Shown here one piece after another: positions 30,301-43,800 of a stretch of DNA of 64,000 nucleotides. Location of the stretch: positions 153,767,741-153,831,740 of the forward strand of contig CM041465.1 of assembly GCA_023213395.1 (NCBI GenBank), read 5' to 3'. A model generated the notes under the pieces. It saw only the letters and a list, made by a program, of their open reading frames with translations, searched no databases and was not told the origin of the DNA. Positions within the stretch are counted from its first letter, which is position 1. The number at the start of each line of letters is the position of its first letter. Source of the DNA: Cycas panzhihuaensis. Lineage: Eukaryota; Plantae; Cycadophyta. The translations under genes and the position numbers were made by a program.

Positions 30301-33300
30301 TAATATTGATTTAGACTGGAAAACACTAAGATCCTTCACAGGCTCTTTTCTCCAAGTTAAAACCAATCAAAAATATAAACATCAAAATAACTATCATAAT
30401 AATCATCATAATAATCCGAAATCCCAAAAACGTTATAGAAGTTTATCTACTCCAAATAATCCTCATCACAACACTTAGCATTCTAGATCACCTAAATCTC
30501 AGAATACCTCTAAACAATCATTTCCACAAAGGAATAATACTAATTCTAATCTTAATCAAAGCATCGGTTCTACTTACTACCATAAAAAGGGGCATACCAT
30601 TGATGTATATAGGAATAGAATTACTTCTGAAGACTAGAAAGCTTTTAAAGGGATCCAACTACAATCCTATAATCCTTACCATCCCTTAACTGCTTCTACA
30701 TTAGCTTTTCCTGCTCTAACTTCTCAACCAGCCTTGTGGATTCTCGATTTTAGTGCATCCTATCATATGACAGGACACTAAAAATCCTTATCATCCTATC
30801 ATTCTAACCTTAATTTTAAAAAGAAAATCTCATTCAGAAGTGGCTCACAACTAAAAATCAAAGGAACAGGAGATGTTTCTTTAAAATATAGTTCTATCAA
30901 GGATGTCTTTTTCATTCCTAGATTATTACTGAATCTTCTTTTAGTTTATCAAATCTGTCATAAAGACCTTATTACCAAATTTTGGAAAGATAGATTTATT
31001 ATCAAATAACCTTCAAACAAGTTAAAAATAATCACTTTAGGACTTGCAGATCATAAAATAGGTCTTCATAAGTTAACAAGTTTTCAACACTCTGAAGCAA
31101 ACAATGCCTTCATAGTTAAATCTGATCCAATTAGTAAGCCATGAAATGCTTGGTTTGGCCATACAAGTTGTGGTAAACTTTAGTACTTAAGTAAACATGA
31201 TATAGTTCATGGATTACCCACCCTAAGTACAGTTTATGGTATTTGCAAAGCCTGCGTAATAGGTAAGTGACACATAGATCCTTTTCCATATTAAACTACA
31301 TTCAGAGCCAAAGTTCAACTTGAACTTATATACTTTAACATTTATGGTCCTTTCCAAGTACCATCGTACTTTAAAAGTAAATAGTTTGTCACTTTCATTG
31401 ATGATTTTTATAGAAAACATTGGGTTTATATGCTTAAAATAAGAAGTCAGGTTTTTGACATCCTTATTGAATTTAAAACGTTAGTAGAAAAATAAATCAA
31501 CTCTAAAATAAAAAATTTTAGATCTGATAATGCGAAAGAATATTTAAGTGATAAGTTTACCTCATATTATAAAAAGCACAAAATATGATTTTAGCATTCT
31601 TTCACCTACACTCTTCAATATAACAGTGTTGCTAAGTGTAAGAACTATACTCTCATCAAAATGAATCAATGCATATTACATACAAAAGATCTAGATCTAA
31701 AGTTATGGGCTAAAGTGATAGCTTCCTCTAACTATCTTCTAAATCAATTACTATAGCAAATCATTACAAAATATTACCCCAAAACATAAATGGTATAGTT
31801 GAAAACTTTCTGTCAAATATCTTAAATTCTTTAGAAGCATTATGTGGGGGCATGTTCCCAATGAAAAACATAAGAACCTTGACCCTAAAAATTCTAAATA
31901 CATCTTCCTTGACTACAACGAAGAAAGTAAAGCCTATAAGCTTCTTGATCCAATCACATACAAGATTTCTATTCTGCTTGATATTATATTTGATGAAAAG
32001 GGATCTTTATCAAAAACCACTTATATAAAACTTCCTATTGAGAATCTATTAACAAACATATATTTATCAGAACCCTCAGACAAACAAGTTGATCCTGAAC
32101 TAATTGAATCTCTATCAAATCAAATTCAGAATTGGACGTTAACCAAACCTTCTATATCAAATCTAGTTAATCAATCAAATTCATTTGATCAACCCTCTAC
32201 TTCTACTTCTATTATAAAAAACAACCAGTATGGGCATAGTAGACTCTTTCTAATGCTAGATCTGATGCTGGAAATCCATCAGATACCAGGGAAACATGTT
32301 CTCCAAATCTTCAAGTAAACTTTATACTAATGGCCAAAGTCATGGCCATAAATGATCCAAAAATCTTTAAGGAAGTAAACAACAATCATATATGCAAATA
32401 AGTTATGCAATATGAATTTGATGTGCTTAAAAAATAATTCAACTTGGGACTTACTTACTCTTTCCCCTGGTAAAAATTTGGTAGACTATAGGTTTACCAA
32501 ACAAAATATAACTCTAAATTAGCTATTAAAAAATATAAGGCTTGACTAGTAGCTAAAGGACTTTCTTAAATTGATGATATTGATTATAACGAAACCTTTT
32601 CTCTTGTAGCTAAAATAAATACTATCAAAACCATCCTAGATTTAGCATCTAAATTTGGCTAGCAAATCCATCAAATAGATGTTAAAAGTGCCTTCTTGAA
32701 TGAAGTTTTCAAATAAGAATTCTATATAAAACAACCTACTGGTTTCATTTACAATCTTTATAAGTCTATAACAAGCTCCTTCAGCTTGGTATATAAAGAT
32801 AAACAATTATCTCATACAAAATAGATACACTAAGTGCATTAGCGATCCTAATCTCTACTTCGAACATGAAAATAAAAATGTTACTATCTTAATTCTTTAC
32901 GTAGATGATATAATCATAACTGGATCTTTAATTTCTAGTATTCATCAATTAAAAACTATCTTAATGGATCAATTTGAAATGACCAACTTAGGTCTTCTAC
33001 ATTATTTCTTAGGCTTGCAAATTTATCAAACTAATTCAAAGATAACCATTTCACAACCCAAGTACATACTTGATTTGATCAAAAGATTTAACATAGAAAA
33101 TGTCAGACTAGTCTCAAATCCTTTACAATCAAGTGTTAAACTATCAATTGATTATATTACATCTCTATTTAACCAAACTACTTATTATCAACTTATAGGT
33201 AGTTTAATCTAACTAATACATACCCACCTAGACATCTCATATGTTCTAGCTCTTTGCTCTATATGTGTGTAGGAGCCTCACGAATCTCACTAGAGAGTTG

Positions 33301-34436
33301 TAAAACAAATTATAAGATACTTATAAGGTACAATATTCCATGGCTTAACCTATCATTCATGTAGTACCAACCCAAAATTAATAAGCTATATAGACTTAGA
33401 CTTAGTAGAAGACTCATATGATCATAAGTTGGTAGTAGGTTACATTTTCTTTTTAGACTCTTTACGAATTACTTGGTCTAGGAAGAAAATATAAGTATTA
33501 GCCCTATCTACAACTGAAGCTGAATATTGTGCACTTGTTGAAGTAAGTAAAAAATTATTATGGATTAAATCCCTATTAAGTGAACTTGAATTATTTCCTA
33601 ACTCTTTAATTAAAATTTAAGTTGATGATCAAGGTGTGATTTCTATTGCTGCTAATCCTATTACTCACTTTATAATAAAACATATAGAATTACATCAACA
33701 TTTTATATAAAATATTCTAAATGATGAAATTATTCACTTATTTTATTGTCCTATAGATTTGTAGATTACAAACATTCTTACAAAGCCATTGACTGAAGTA
33801 AAGTTCTTAAATCTTAGAGAATTATTAAAGATTACAGAAGTTCTCATCAAAGGAGGATCAAAATGCTAAAGCCTTCTTCATCTTCATCTTCTCTTGTTAC
33901 TTCTTCTTATGTATTATCTATTGTATAAAAGATAACATTAAAAGGGGAGGTTAGAATAATATTATGTCTAATGTTACCTTTTATGTTACTTTATTAAATA
34001 ATCTTATTATTATAATATTCATTAAAAAAGGGCAGTTATCTTTTCAACTAACCTCTCCTCCTATTTATCTCTTCCTAGATTCTAAGAAGTTGGTCCTAAT
34101 GGTCCTAATAGTAAAAATATTGGTTTGAATGGTCCAAAAGCGATTAGGAGGTCATGAGGTTAATCAACTAGTCTATTGTTCATCTGTTAATCACAAATGA
34201 GAGAGGATGAGATCTTCCTAAATAATGTAATATATATTTTTACTTATTTATTAATATATATGTCTATTTTGAGGTAGTTTTTTTATCCTCATTAGGGACT
34301 TTTCCACCTATCCAATCTTTGTTTTGGTAGGTGATATATTTAAATAGTTATTTTTAAATATTGATTTACATTTACATGTAAATTATTATTTATTTATAAT
34401 AATTTTCCTGTTATTAATTAAAATATTACAAATACC
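27390..34436 (+). mobile_element. Element D: Ty1/Copia, full length, inserted in gag of C
   Basis: LTRs 27390-~27897 and ~33949-34436; PBS TGGTATCAAAGC 27898; PPT AAAAGGGGAG 33940; possible TSD ATTAT/ACTAT. Confidence 0.92.
29686..33870 (+). pseudogene. gag-pol of Copia D
   Basis: MALMPR..LTNSNYAN*K; WILDFSASYHMTG (~30737); TFIDDFYRK; LYVDDI (~32897); FEMTNLGLLHYFLG; STTEAEY; many stops. Confidence 0.92.
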
Positions 34437-36092
34437 ACTATCATTTAATTAAGGGTAAAACATAACTCTAATTTATTGATATAACTTTGTGTGTTATCCT
34501 TGTTGAGTTTAGGATCAAATATGGGGATGTTAATCTTGTGGTGAAATAGTTACTACTATCATGGAGGTAGAGTTATCATTTGTTGTGGAGTGGGGCTAAC
34601 CAAAGTTGATGGCCCTCGTAGATTAGAGGAAATGAGTACTATCTAATCCATGATCTTGGTCATATCTTATTTGGATATAAGAGTAAATAATTCTATTATA
34701 CATTCTAATGCATATTACCTAGTTTGTCTTTAACCTTCTCTTACATTGTGGCTACTTCTTATTTGGAATCTTACTAGAAGGTGGTGACCTAATTCTTGAG
34801 TGTCATAATTCTATTGTTTTAACTGTGAGGGGCCATGACAAATATAGAAAGGATTTAAAGAAAGTGTGTATAACTAAAAGAAGGGAATTTATAAAACTAG
34901 ATAAGTAAGACAAAAGGGGTATAAACGAATAGGAAAAGATATATAAAATAGGTCTCTAAGAATTCATGATGTATTTACCAGGAGAAAGAGAAGGGAGGTG
35001 GAATAGAAGTGGGGTATCTATAGACTATTAACTCTAAATTTTATATAATAAAATAACCTAGTACATATGGACGAGCATGAAGAGCTTGTTGAACTAGGGT
35101 AGGTGAGTTTTAGTAGTGAACTTTTAGGAGTGGGGCCCACTAGTAACCTAGGTACTCCAATAAGTAACAAATTGACCTAGTGTAACTTGACTAGCTTAAA
35201 GTTTTTATTAAAATGGGATGTATAAAATTGAACTATAATTTTTGTCCAATGGACTTTTCTATCGTTTCAATAATAATTACAATGGTTCAAGCCATTTCAG
35301 ATTTAGATAAGTATTGACGAATGTTTTACCTTCTCTTTATAGGGTTATAATGTCAAGGACAAATGAATAGAAATAAATAAATAGATTTGGTTTCATTGCA
35401 TGTGTGGAATATTTAGATCAAAAGATAGATAACAGACTCTAATGCTAGGATTGCTTAGCTATGTGAGCCCTCTGATAATTTTCTCTATCGATTTTGTAGC
35501 TCAACTCAATATCTCAAGGCACTACCTAAAGAGGAATGATCATCTCTATAAGGTCTATAGCCATGCATAAGTGTTTGTCTAAAGTGACTTTTGGGAATTA
35601 ATTATTAACCTATGCACTATAGAGGACAATGATTAAAGGTTTACCTACTCTAATCAAGGAAGGGAAATCCTAAAAGAGGCCCTCTTATATACCTAGAGGT
35701 ATGTGGAGGGTCACTTCCATATAAGAGTTCTATCTAAGGTTTGGTTCAATAGAGTTAAACAAAGCTCTTCACATAAAGGTAAAAAATCCACAATGAACTT
35801 AGCCTAGAATGATTGATCCTTCATGATATTTAAAGACCCCAAAATTAGGGTGTCTACCTATGGTGGGTAGCTACCATGCAGAGTTATTTATCTAAGAACT
35901 AAGGGATGAGAAGGAGGGAATAAAAAGGGTAATTACGAAGTACCATTATTTACCCTTTAACAAAACTAAAATAATAAAAATTAAAACTAAAGAGAGGGTT
36001 TATGAAAGTCACCAAAAGGAAAAAAAATAATTCCCTTTTTTCTAATGCTTTTATCTATTCCACAAGTTATTGAGCCTCACTTTGATATTAGT

Positions 36093-36516
36093 TAGGATGT
36101 TTCTTCTTAAAGCTTCTCCTTAAAATAGCAAAAAATTAGAAGATTTATAATAGCTTTATCCCACTAGGAAAGATAAATAGATTACCAAAGGGACTCAAAA
36201 GCATATGAGCATCAATTAATCACTAAAAAGAGAGTGTTGTAGTACAATTCTTACAAGAAGAGAAAATATCAAGTAACCATCTTCTATAATTAATGACCCT
36301 TAAATAGACAAAAGAGGGTATTTTCCAAGTAATCTTATTGGCGACCCAAGTGGCCTTGCATTTTATTGGATAGGGTAGTGGCCTTCTATTTCATTGGATA
36401 GCTTATTGGGCCACACACAAAGTTTTATAACTAACCTTATCTCTTATCTTTTAACCTTATGATATCTCTCTGCTTGTTTATGGTTTATATAACTTAGTAA
36501 GATGAATTACATAACA
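36093..36516 (-). repeat. 5' LTR of C
   Basis: Aligns with 22794-23210; adjacent PBS. Confidence 0.92.
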
Positions 36517-36521
36517 AATAA

Positions 36522-36690
36522 CTTTTCCTAAGTTTAGAATATACTATCTGATTGAATTAACTTGTAACATATCTCTAAATATTTTTCTTCTTTAAATGAT
36601 TAGAATTCTTTATATTCTAATCAAACTAGTTACATCCAACAAGAGTAGGTAAGGGAGGTAACTGAAGCATGGTTTCCATAAGGTAACATA
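36522..36690 (-). pseudogene. Probable N-terminal continuation of Copia B gag beyond insertion C
   Basis: Lies on the far side of C's TSD; weakly gag-like translation from an ATG near 36689. Confidence 0.45.
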
Positions 36691-37194
36691 TCAAAATATA
36701 ACAAATGATAAGCCTAATGTCATACATATCACTACATATATGCATAAATCCCTAAACAAATGGAAATATATAAAAAAAAAAATCATTAAATTTAGGTATC
36801 AATTGATTAAGTTTTAATAGCTTAAAGATTCAATCGAAAATGACTATAAATGATTGTTTGTAGCAAAGGGTAAAATCAACCTAGTTTATCACTATAAAGT
36901 CAAAAAATAAATATACTTTATGACCATTTATTTTAAAGGCATGTAAATCATATTTATAATGATATTAATAAAACTAAAATCAAGGATCCTTATGAAAAGT
37001 TATACTTTAAAGAGTTCAAGTAGGTCTAAAGTTTTCTAAACCAAGGTTTAAAAATGTAATATAGACCCTTTCAATTAGGCTTCTGGTCACATAAAAATCT
37101 TTAGATGAACATAGGATGATGTATAATGAGTTAACAACTAAATCTTAATTTTTTCTCTAGTTAAATTTTATCAAATAAAAATATTAAGGGTGAA

Positions 37195-37230
<36 letters not shown>

Positions 37231-37280
37231 GTTAGATAGATAGATAGATAGATAGATAGATATATGTATGTATGTATGCA
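37195..37280. repeat. Compound microsatellite (TC)n(TA)n(AGAT)n(ATGT)n
   Basis: Directly visible. Confidence 0.95.
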
Positions 37281-40274
37281 TAGATAAATAAACATAAATA
37301 TGCCCAAAAAAAAAAGAACTACACCTATGCTAATGGTAAAAAATCCAAGGGAAATTTTATAGGCTAATAGGTGAATCTAGAGTAGATAAAAGTAGTAGAG
37401 ATATAGATCTAAGAAAAATCTAGAATGAGAGAGATGAGGTAGCCAAAAAGCATAAAAATATTAAACAAAAACCCCTAAATAATAAGAGAAACTTGCTAAA
37501 GAAGAACTAATCAATGTATGAAGTCTCAATGAGTTATCTTAGGCAAGCAAAGGATCATGAGCTAATAGAGCCAAAAAAGGAAAGGTCACTAAACATTATC
37601 TGAACATAAATAGAAGCACTCAATACAAGGTAAAGGTAATAGATATAAAGTGAGTCATCTAGAAAAAAATGTTAAACCTAAGGATGATTTGGAATTAGAC
37701 CTAGATGAAGTAAATAATACCAAAAGAATATCTAAAAAATAAAACTAGTTTTTGATACACCACAAGCATGCCTTTAAATAGTGAAGGTTATCTTATACAA
37801 TCTTAATCATGTCTAAACAAGCTTTCAATTAAAGGTAATATGAAACAAACATGGAACTGGGTTGAAACACACATGGAAATTATTGATAATTAATGTTCAT
37901 TTAACTCATAACTTATGGTTATGAGCCTCCCTATTTGATAATGAATTTTTAGCTATTATTAATTCTTTCTAATATGAAATTAGTCAGTCAAATAAAAGGG
38001 AATTAATATTCCTTTTAGAGTTCCATATAAGAATTAATTATGCATTATAATTGTGAGAGGATTTTTTATAAGAATAAGATGTATTTTTAATTTAGTTAAA
38101 TTATTTTCTTCTAAGTTGAATAGGTCTATCCTTCTCATATTATTTACTCCATGCTTTAAGTTTCTATAAGGTATCATAATTGTTTAATTATAATTTATCT
38201 TATTTTAATACTTATTACATAGATCTAGGATATGTTATAGGTAGTAATATTGCTATAGAATAACACTTGAGTCACATCTTATATCTTTGAAATATGTTTA
38301 TTATTCAAAATTATTTATGTGATTAGATAATTTTAAGGATGGTGAATATTGCAGGAATATTTCAGTAGATCTCTCAAGTGCTCTAAATGTTCTCTCTAAA
38401 GTAGAGCCATACCCTTAAGGTTTATTTTCAAATACAAACCTTTATATACTATTAAGCAAAAATATTAGTTAAAATCTTCAAGGGGAAGCTGTTGTAGAAC
38501 AACACAACTATACTTACATAGACTAAAGGGTAAAATCTTTAATGATGTTGAAGATACATATTCACACATATAAGTATGAAACACATTGAAAATACCTTAT
38601 AAATGACATTCAAAATATTAAAAATTACATGCAAATAAATATAAGAACCCCTCTAACTTACATACAAGGTTAAACCATTGAAATTATTAATGGAGTATCT
38701 TATTTAATGAGCATTTAATAGTTAATTTCATTAAGTAAAGTAGAGGTAAAGGAAAAGTAAAACAAGCTAGAAAAATAACCTCTATGAAATTACTTTAAAT
38801 CTTAATGGGACACTAAAAAAAAATGAAGTAGAATGATGCCATTAAAAGCTCATGAAAATAACCGATCTAATGAAGTTTAAATATGTAGGAGAAACCATTA
38901 TTTGGGTATGTAAAATTTGTCATATGTGAAGCAAAAAATATAAGGGAAACCACTATTTAAATGATAGTAAGCCACTATTTTATGAACCTACCCTTCTATG
39001 AAGTGATATAAAGTTTTAATTTTATAAGTGGTATAATATTTGGGAGGACACCATTATAAAGTGGAACTATCCATTGTTTGAGTGTTAAGGAATTTCCATT
39101 AGAGTGGGCAACTACTATTTAGTATCATTTATGTTAAGTAACCATCTATTGGGAGTTGAGCAGTATTATTTGGAGAACTCAATCCATGGAACATTAAGAA
39201 GCACTAGTATTTAGAGTGTTGAATCTTGATTTATGGTATATCATACTCATGATTCAATAAAACATTTAGTGATAACATACCATTATGAAGATTATCATAT
39301 CCATGATATTGAAAGTCAATCAATATTTCCATTTAACACTACTAATCAACATAATCATAATAACTTAATGAAGATGTATATAAGAATATAAAATATCTCT
39401 TGGGCTTATTCACATATGAATTTAGGCAAGAAATAGTACTAGAGTTGGTAACTTGCCTTGCAAAAATTTTAATGCTACCCAATGATGATTACTTTTCTTT
39501 CAATGCACTACCGAATAGTGAAAGACCATCACACTATATAGTGAGCATTAAAGGAGGTCTTAGGTAAGCCAAGAATAAGCTTGAAATCTCTTATATAATC
39601 ACCTAATGAACAACAAACTCATAGAGGACGAGGCCAATTTTTACATACATGGTCTCTCTTTTTAGTGGGGGAAAAACTTTCATGTAAAGACATGCACACC
39701 CTTAAACACTTATATCAAAATATGATTTCCAGAGAAAAAATATGCAAATCAAATAAAAAAATTAGTTATTTTAAAGGAGGAATTATTGCTTGTGTATTTA
39801 AAGGGAAATATTCCTAAGAGAATATTTTATTTAGAACTCAGATAAAATGTATTTTTTATTTTATAAAGTTTATGTGATATAAAACTAAAATTAATAAGTT
39901 TCAAGGTCAACAATGAAGCCCCTAGCTAATTAGTCCCTGGTCACATTAAGCATAGGGTGTTAGGGCTTTTCTTGGCCCACACAAAGTCTCCTTTCAACAT
40001 GTAAAAATATCTTAACATTTATTTATTTGAGCTATATCCTATGGCAATGGCTACATATACAACTTCTCTATTAATTTTTGAAGAAAATTAAAATTTAAGT
40101 ATTTTTGGCAAATTTTGACTAGCTATGAGTAAGCTAAAGAAGAAAGACCACTCAATGTCAGCTACTTATATAGACTAAAGAATTCCATAGCTTTTACACT
40201 TTATTTTCATGTTTTTTTAATTTTTATCTAGTTATTTTTTGTGTTATAAGTTAAAAATAGCTAGTAGAGAAAGC

Positions 40275-40860
40275 ATAATAGATTTTATCATTAAAAAACT
40301 ACTTGATCTTGAAAATTATGCTACTTAGAAACATCTAATATTTAGTTTCTTTCATTTCAATAATCTTTGGAAGTGTGTTGATAACTTTACAATCGTAAAG
40401 ATGTAATATAATTCACTACTTTTAATAGTAAACTAAACATAAATGTTGATTTTAATGAGGAATATAAAGCTAAGATGCAAATAACATTTAGATTTCTTAG
40501 TTTCTTAATTAGTAGGAGCACCATAATGAATATCAAAGGTGCCACTATACTAAAGTAGATACAGGACATATTTGTTGACCTATATGAATATAAGGATGAC
40601 ATAAGAGGCCTAAACCTACTCAGTCGACTTTACCTACCAAGTCAACTTTATAGTTTAAAGATGATAAGCACTATGCTAAAACACATATTATATGTGAGAT
40701 ATTTATATGATCAACTGATAATAATAGGTGAAATCATACCTAATTCAAAGATCATTAGCTATATTTTAAGGAATTTATTATTTTAGTTTGAAATTATTGA
40801 TGAAATCCTTTTAAGATCTAAAAATCATGTTTTACTAACATAAAATCGAACAAAACTATC
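40275..40860 (+). pseudogene. gag: Copia gag (UBN2-type) fragment, element G
   Basis: KLLDLENYAT*K...NNLWKCVD; SQLYSLKM; YLYDQLIIIGEIIPNSKIISYILRNL. Confidence 0.75.
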
Positions 40861-43800
40861 TTAATAATATAGAAAAAAGTGAAACAACAGTAGACTGAGA
40901 TGATTCAAAGATTCATAAGAAAATTAGTCACTATATAAGACTCCAAAATAGCAGAGCTTCCACATATACTCAAAATTATGTATAACAGAATGATGTGGGG
41001 CTTAATTTATAAGCATCCCACCAAGAATTTGAATATTATAATTGGCCATCTAAGCGACACATTTAGCAGACCTAACATGAATATAAAACATGACTAATTT
41101 TACAATATGGGTCCCCTAAAGTATAAAATACACATAATATACATAAATTATAATGAAATAAAGGTGACATTAAACAAAATTTTGATACCCTCCTCTAATG
41201 GAAATGTCATTTCTTCTGATATCAAGGTCATGTCAAAACAACTCAAACTTTGGTTTACCAAGTGTTTTGGGAAATATGTCCACAACCTGGTCCTCAGTTG
41301 GATGGCAGATGAGATCAACTTCTTTGTTCTAGCTGTGTTCATGGATGAAGTGATAATTGGCCTTAATATGCTTGGTTCTAGCATGGAATACATGACTCTT
41401 TATCATCTTCAATACGCTTTAATTGTCATAATAGAGGATGGTGGGTGCATTTTGTTGAAGTCCAAGCTTAGTAAGAATCTTTCTAAGCCAAATCAATTCT
41501 ATTGTACCATGGACAACAACTTTATATTATGCTTTAGTGGAGGAAAGGACAACATTTGACTACTTCTTATAACTCCATGAGATTATAGCTGAGTTCATGT
41601 CAAAATAATATCCTGAAATTAAATGGCAAGTGTCCTAACAACCTGCCTAATCAACATCTGTATATCCCTTGAGGATAGGAGGGCCAGTTTGGTTATATTT
41701 AAGACCAAACTAATGTGTGTCATGAATATATTTGAGGATCTTGGTTGTAGCTTTCCAATGTGATGCTTTAGGTTATGACATATACGTAGAGTAGATCCCT
41801 ACTATATATGATATGTCAAGTTGAGTGAGGGTGAGATAAATGGGACCCCTAGTTAGCTACTAGTACGAAGTGGGATCAAATGGTTTTTCTTATTTGTCTA
41901 GGTTTAACTTGGCTCCTGTCTCTATAAGAATTGACATTAACTTGCATCATGTCATCCTAAGTCTTTGTAAGACCTCATTTATATATTTTACTTGATTTAG
42001 GAAGATGTCTCCTAGTTCTTGCCAAATTTCAATTCTAAGGAACTAATGAGCAACCCAAGATCTATCATCTTAAAGTTACTTTTCAATTCAGACTAAAGCT
42101 AAGTTATACCACCAATGTTATTGTTAGTGATTAAAAGATCATCTACATAGAGAATAATGACTATGATCAAGTTATCTCAACTCACATGCATATATTTAGG
42201 TTAGAGGGTCAATGCTTAAATATATGCTATATGATAAAGATATCAATCTTTGTATACCAAGCATGTGGTGCCTACTTGAGTCTATGTAGGGTTTTCTTGA
42301 GTTTATAGACTAAGTGTTCTTAGCTTGGAACATCATAGTTAGAGGGGTTGTTTCAAGAAAACTTCTTCTTTAAGCTCTCTATTAAGGAGATCACTCTTCA
42401 CATCCATTTGGTAAATATACTAATTAAATTAGACTGCTAGTGGCATAACCAAATAGAATGTGGTCGTGTTGGCTACTATTAGAAAGGTCTCATGATAGTC
42501 AATCCCCTCATATTATTTGAAACCTTACTACAAGGAGAGCTTTGTGATGCTCAGTGGTGCCACCTTCATAGAATTTTATTTTGTATAGCCATCTACAATC
42601 AATTATCTTTATCCTAAGTGGCAATTCTATCACCTCCTAAGTATCATTTTTGATGATGGAGTTTACCTCTTCATCTATAGTTGCTTTCTACATTTAGTCT
42701 TTGACTACCTCTACAAATATGGAAGGCTCAGGTGTTTCTAAGACACATGCCATTAAGGAAAATTTTATAGAGTGTCTCATTTTTAAAGGCCTTTTAACAA
42801 TTGTAGGAGGAGGAAGAGCATCCTTTAATAACTATTGAACCTACGTAGTAGGTGGATAAATGTTGGTAGATTTCACTTGAAGGTCATTAACTGAAACAGG
42901 TAGAAAGATTGTCCTTGCTTATATTTTTGATGTGGAGGCCACTGGAATTGATGAAGGACCTAGAGTATAGGAGGAGGCTGGTACTAGTGGCTCTAGAATT
43001 TATCTAAGAAGCACTTGAGATGTATCAACTTCATCTATTACTATAAATTGAGTTTAGAGTGGACTCAAGTCATGTGTGCCCTCTACAAATATTATATCCC
43101 AAGTTATGTATGTTTGGTTTCTAATAGTGTCAAATAATTTATAGGCTTTGCAATTAGGTACATAGCCAAGGAAGATGCATTTTAGGCTCTTATAATCAAG
43201 CTTGTTTGTGTTCTCCTTTGGAACATGTTTATATGCTATGCATCTAAAAATTTTTAAGTGTGCAATAATTGGTTTTTGAACTAACCAAGCTTCCTCAAAA
43301 GTGATATTCCTAACTGCAACTATGGGACTTATGTTAGTTAGATATGCACTTGTAACAATTGCATCAACCTAAAAGCTAGTGGCAAGATTAGTAGTACTAA
43401 GTATGGCTTTTCCTTTATTCACTAATATTTGGTTCATCCTTTTGGCTACACTATTTTGTTGTGGTATACGAGTTGCTAAAAATTGATATTAGATACCATG
43501 TTCTTTGCAAAAGTTATTGAATTGATTAGAGATATACTTGCCACAATTATCAAATCTGAGGGTCTTGATTATCATACCACTTTTTATTTTAACTACAATT
43601 TTAAATTTATCTAGGGATTGGTACTTGTTTCTCAAGAAGTAAAACCACACTTTTCTTGAGAAATTATCTATGAATGTCATGAAATATAGGCTTCAATTAA
43701 GTGATTAGACTAACATAGAGCCATAGATATCTGAGTGGACTAAATCTAATGGTTGTGAGGCTTTCCATGCATTCTTCGAAGGGAATTTTTCTCTTTGTTG

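Larger units (their letters stand above)
22794..36516 (-). mobile_element. Element C: Reina-like chromovirus (Ty3/Gypsy), full length, inserted in gag of B
   Basis: LTR pair; PBS complement CTTTGATATTA 36080-36090; PPT complement GGTCCCTCTC 23211; eroded TSD GGTAG/AATAA; ILIDNG...NFID (~26490), VMPFGLCNA (~25570), IVFYNILIYS (~25485), KLNPKYYG*YKVL..IGEVAY (~23560), chromodomain-like end. Confidence 0.9.

Noticed and set aside
37748-38400. Candidate PBS/5' LTR for Copia B (GTTTTTGATACA at ~37748, GCTCTAAATG at ~38380)
   Set aside because: Poor PBS matches and no partner LTR found near 19000
41107-41559. 150-aa plus-strand ORF
   Set aside because: Antisense shadow of Copia E RNase H
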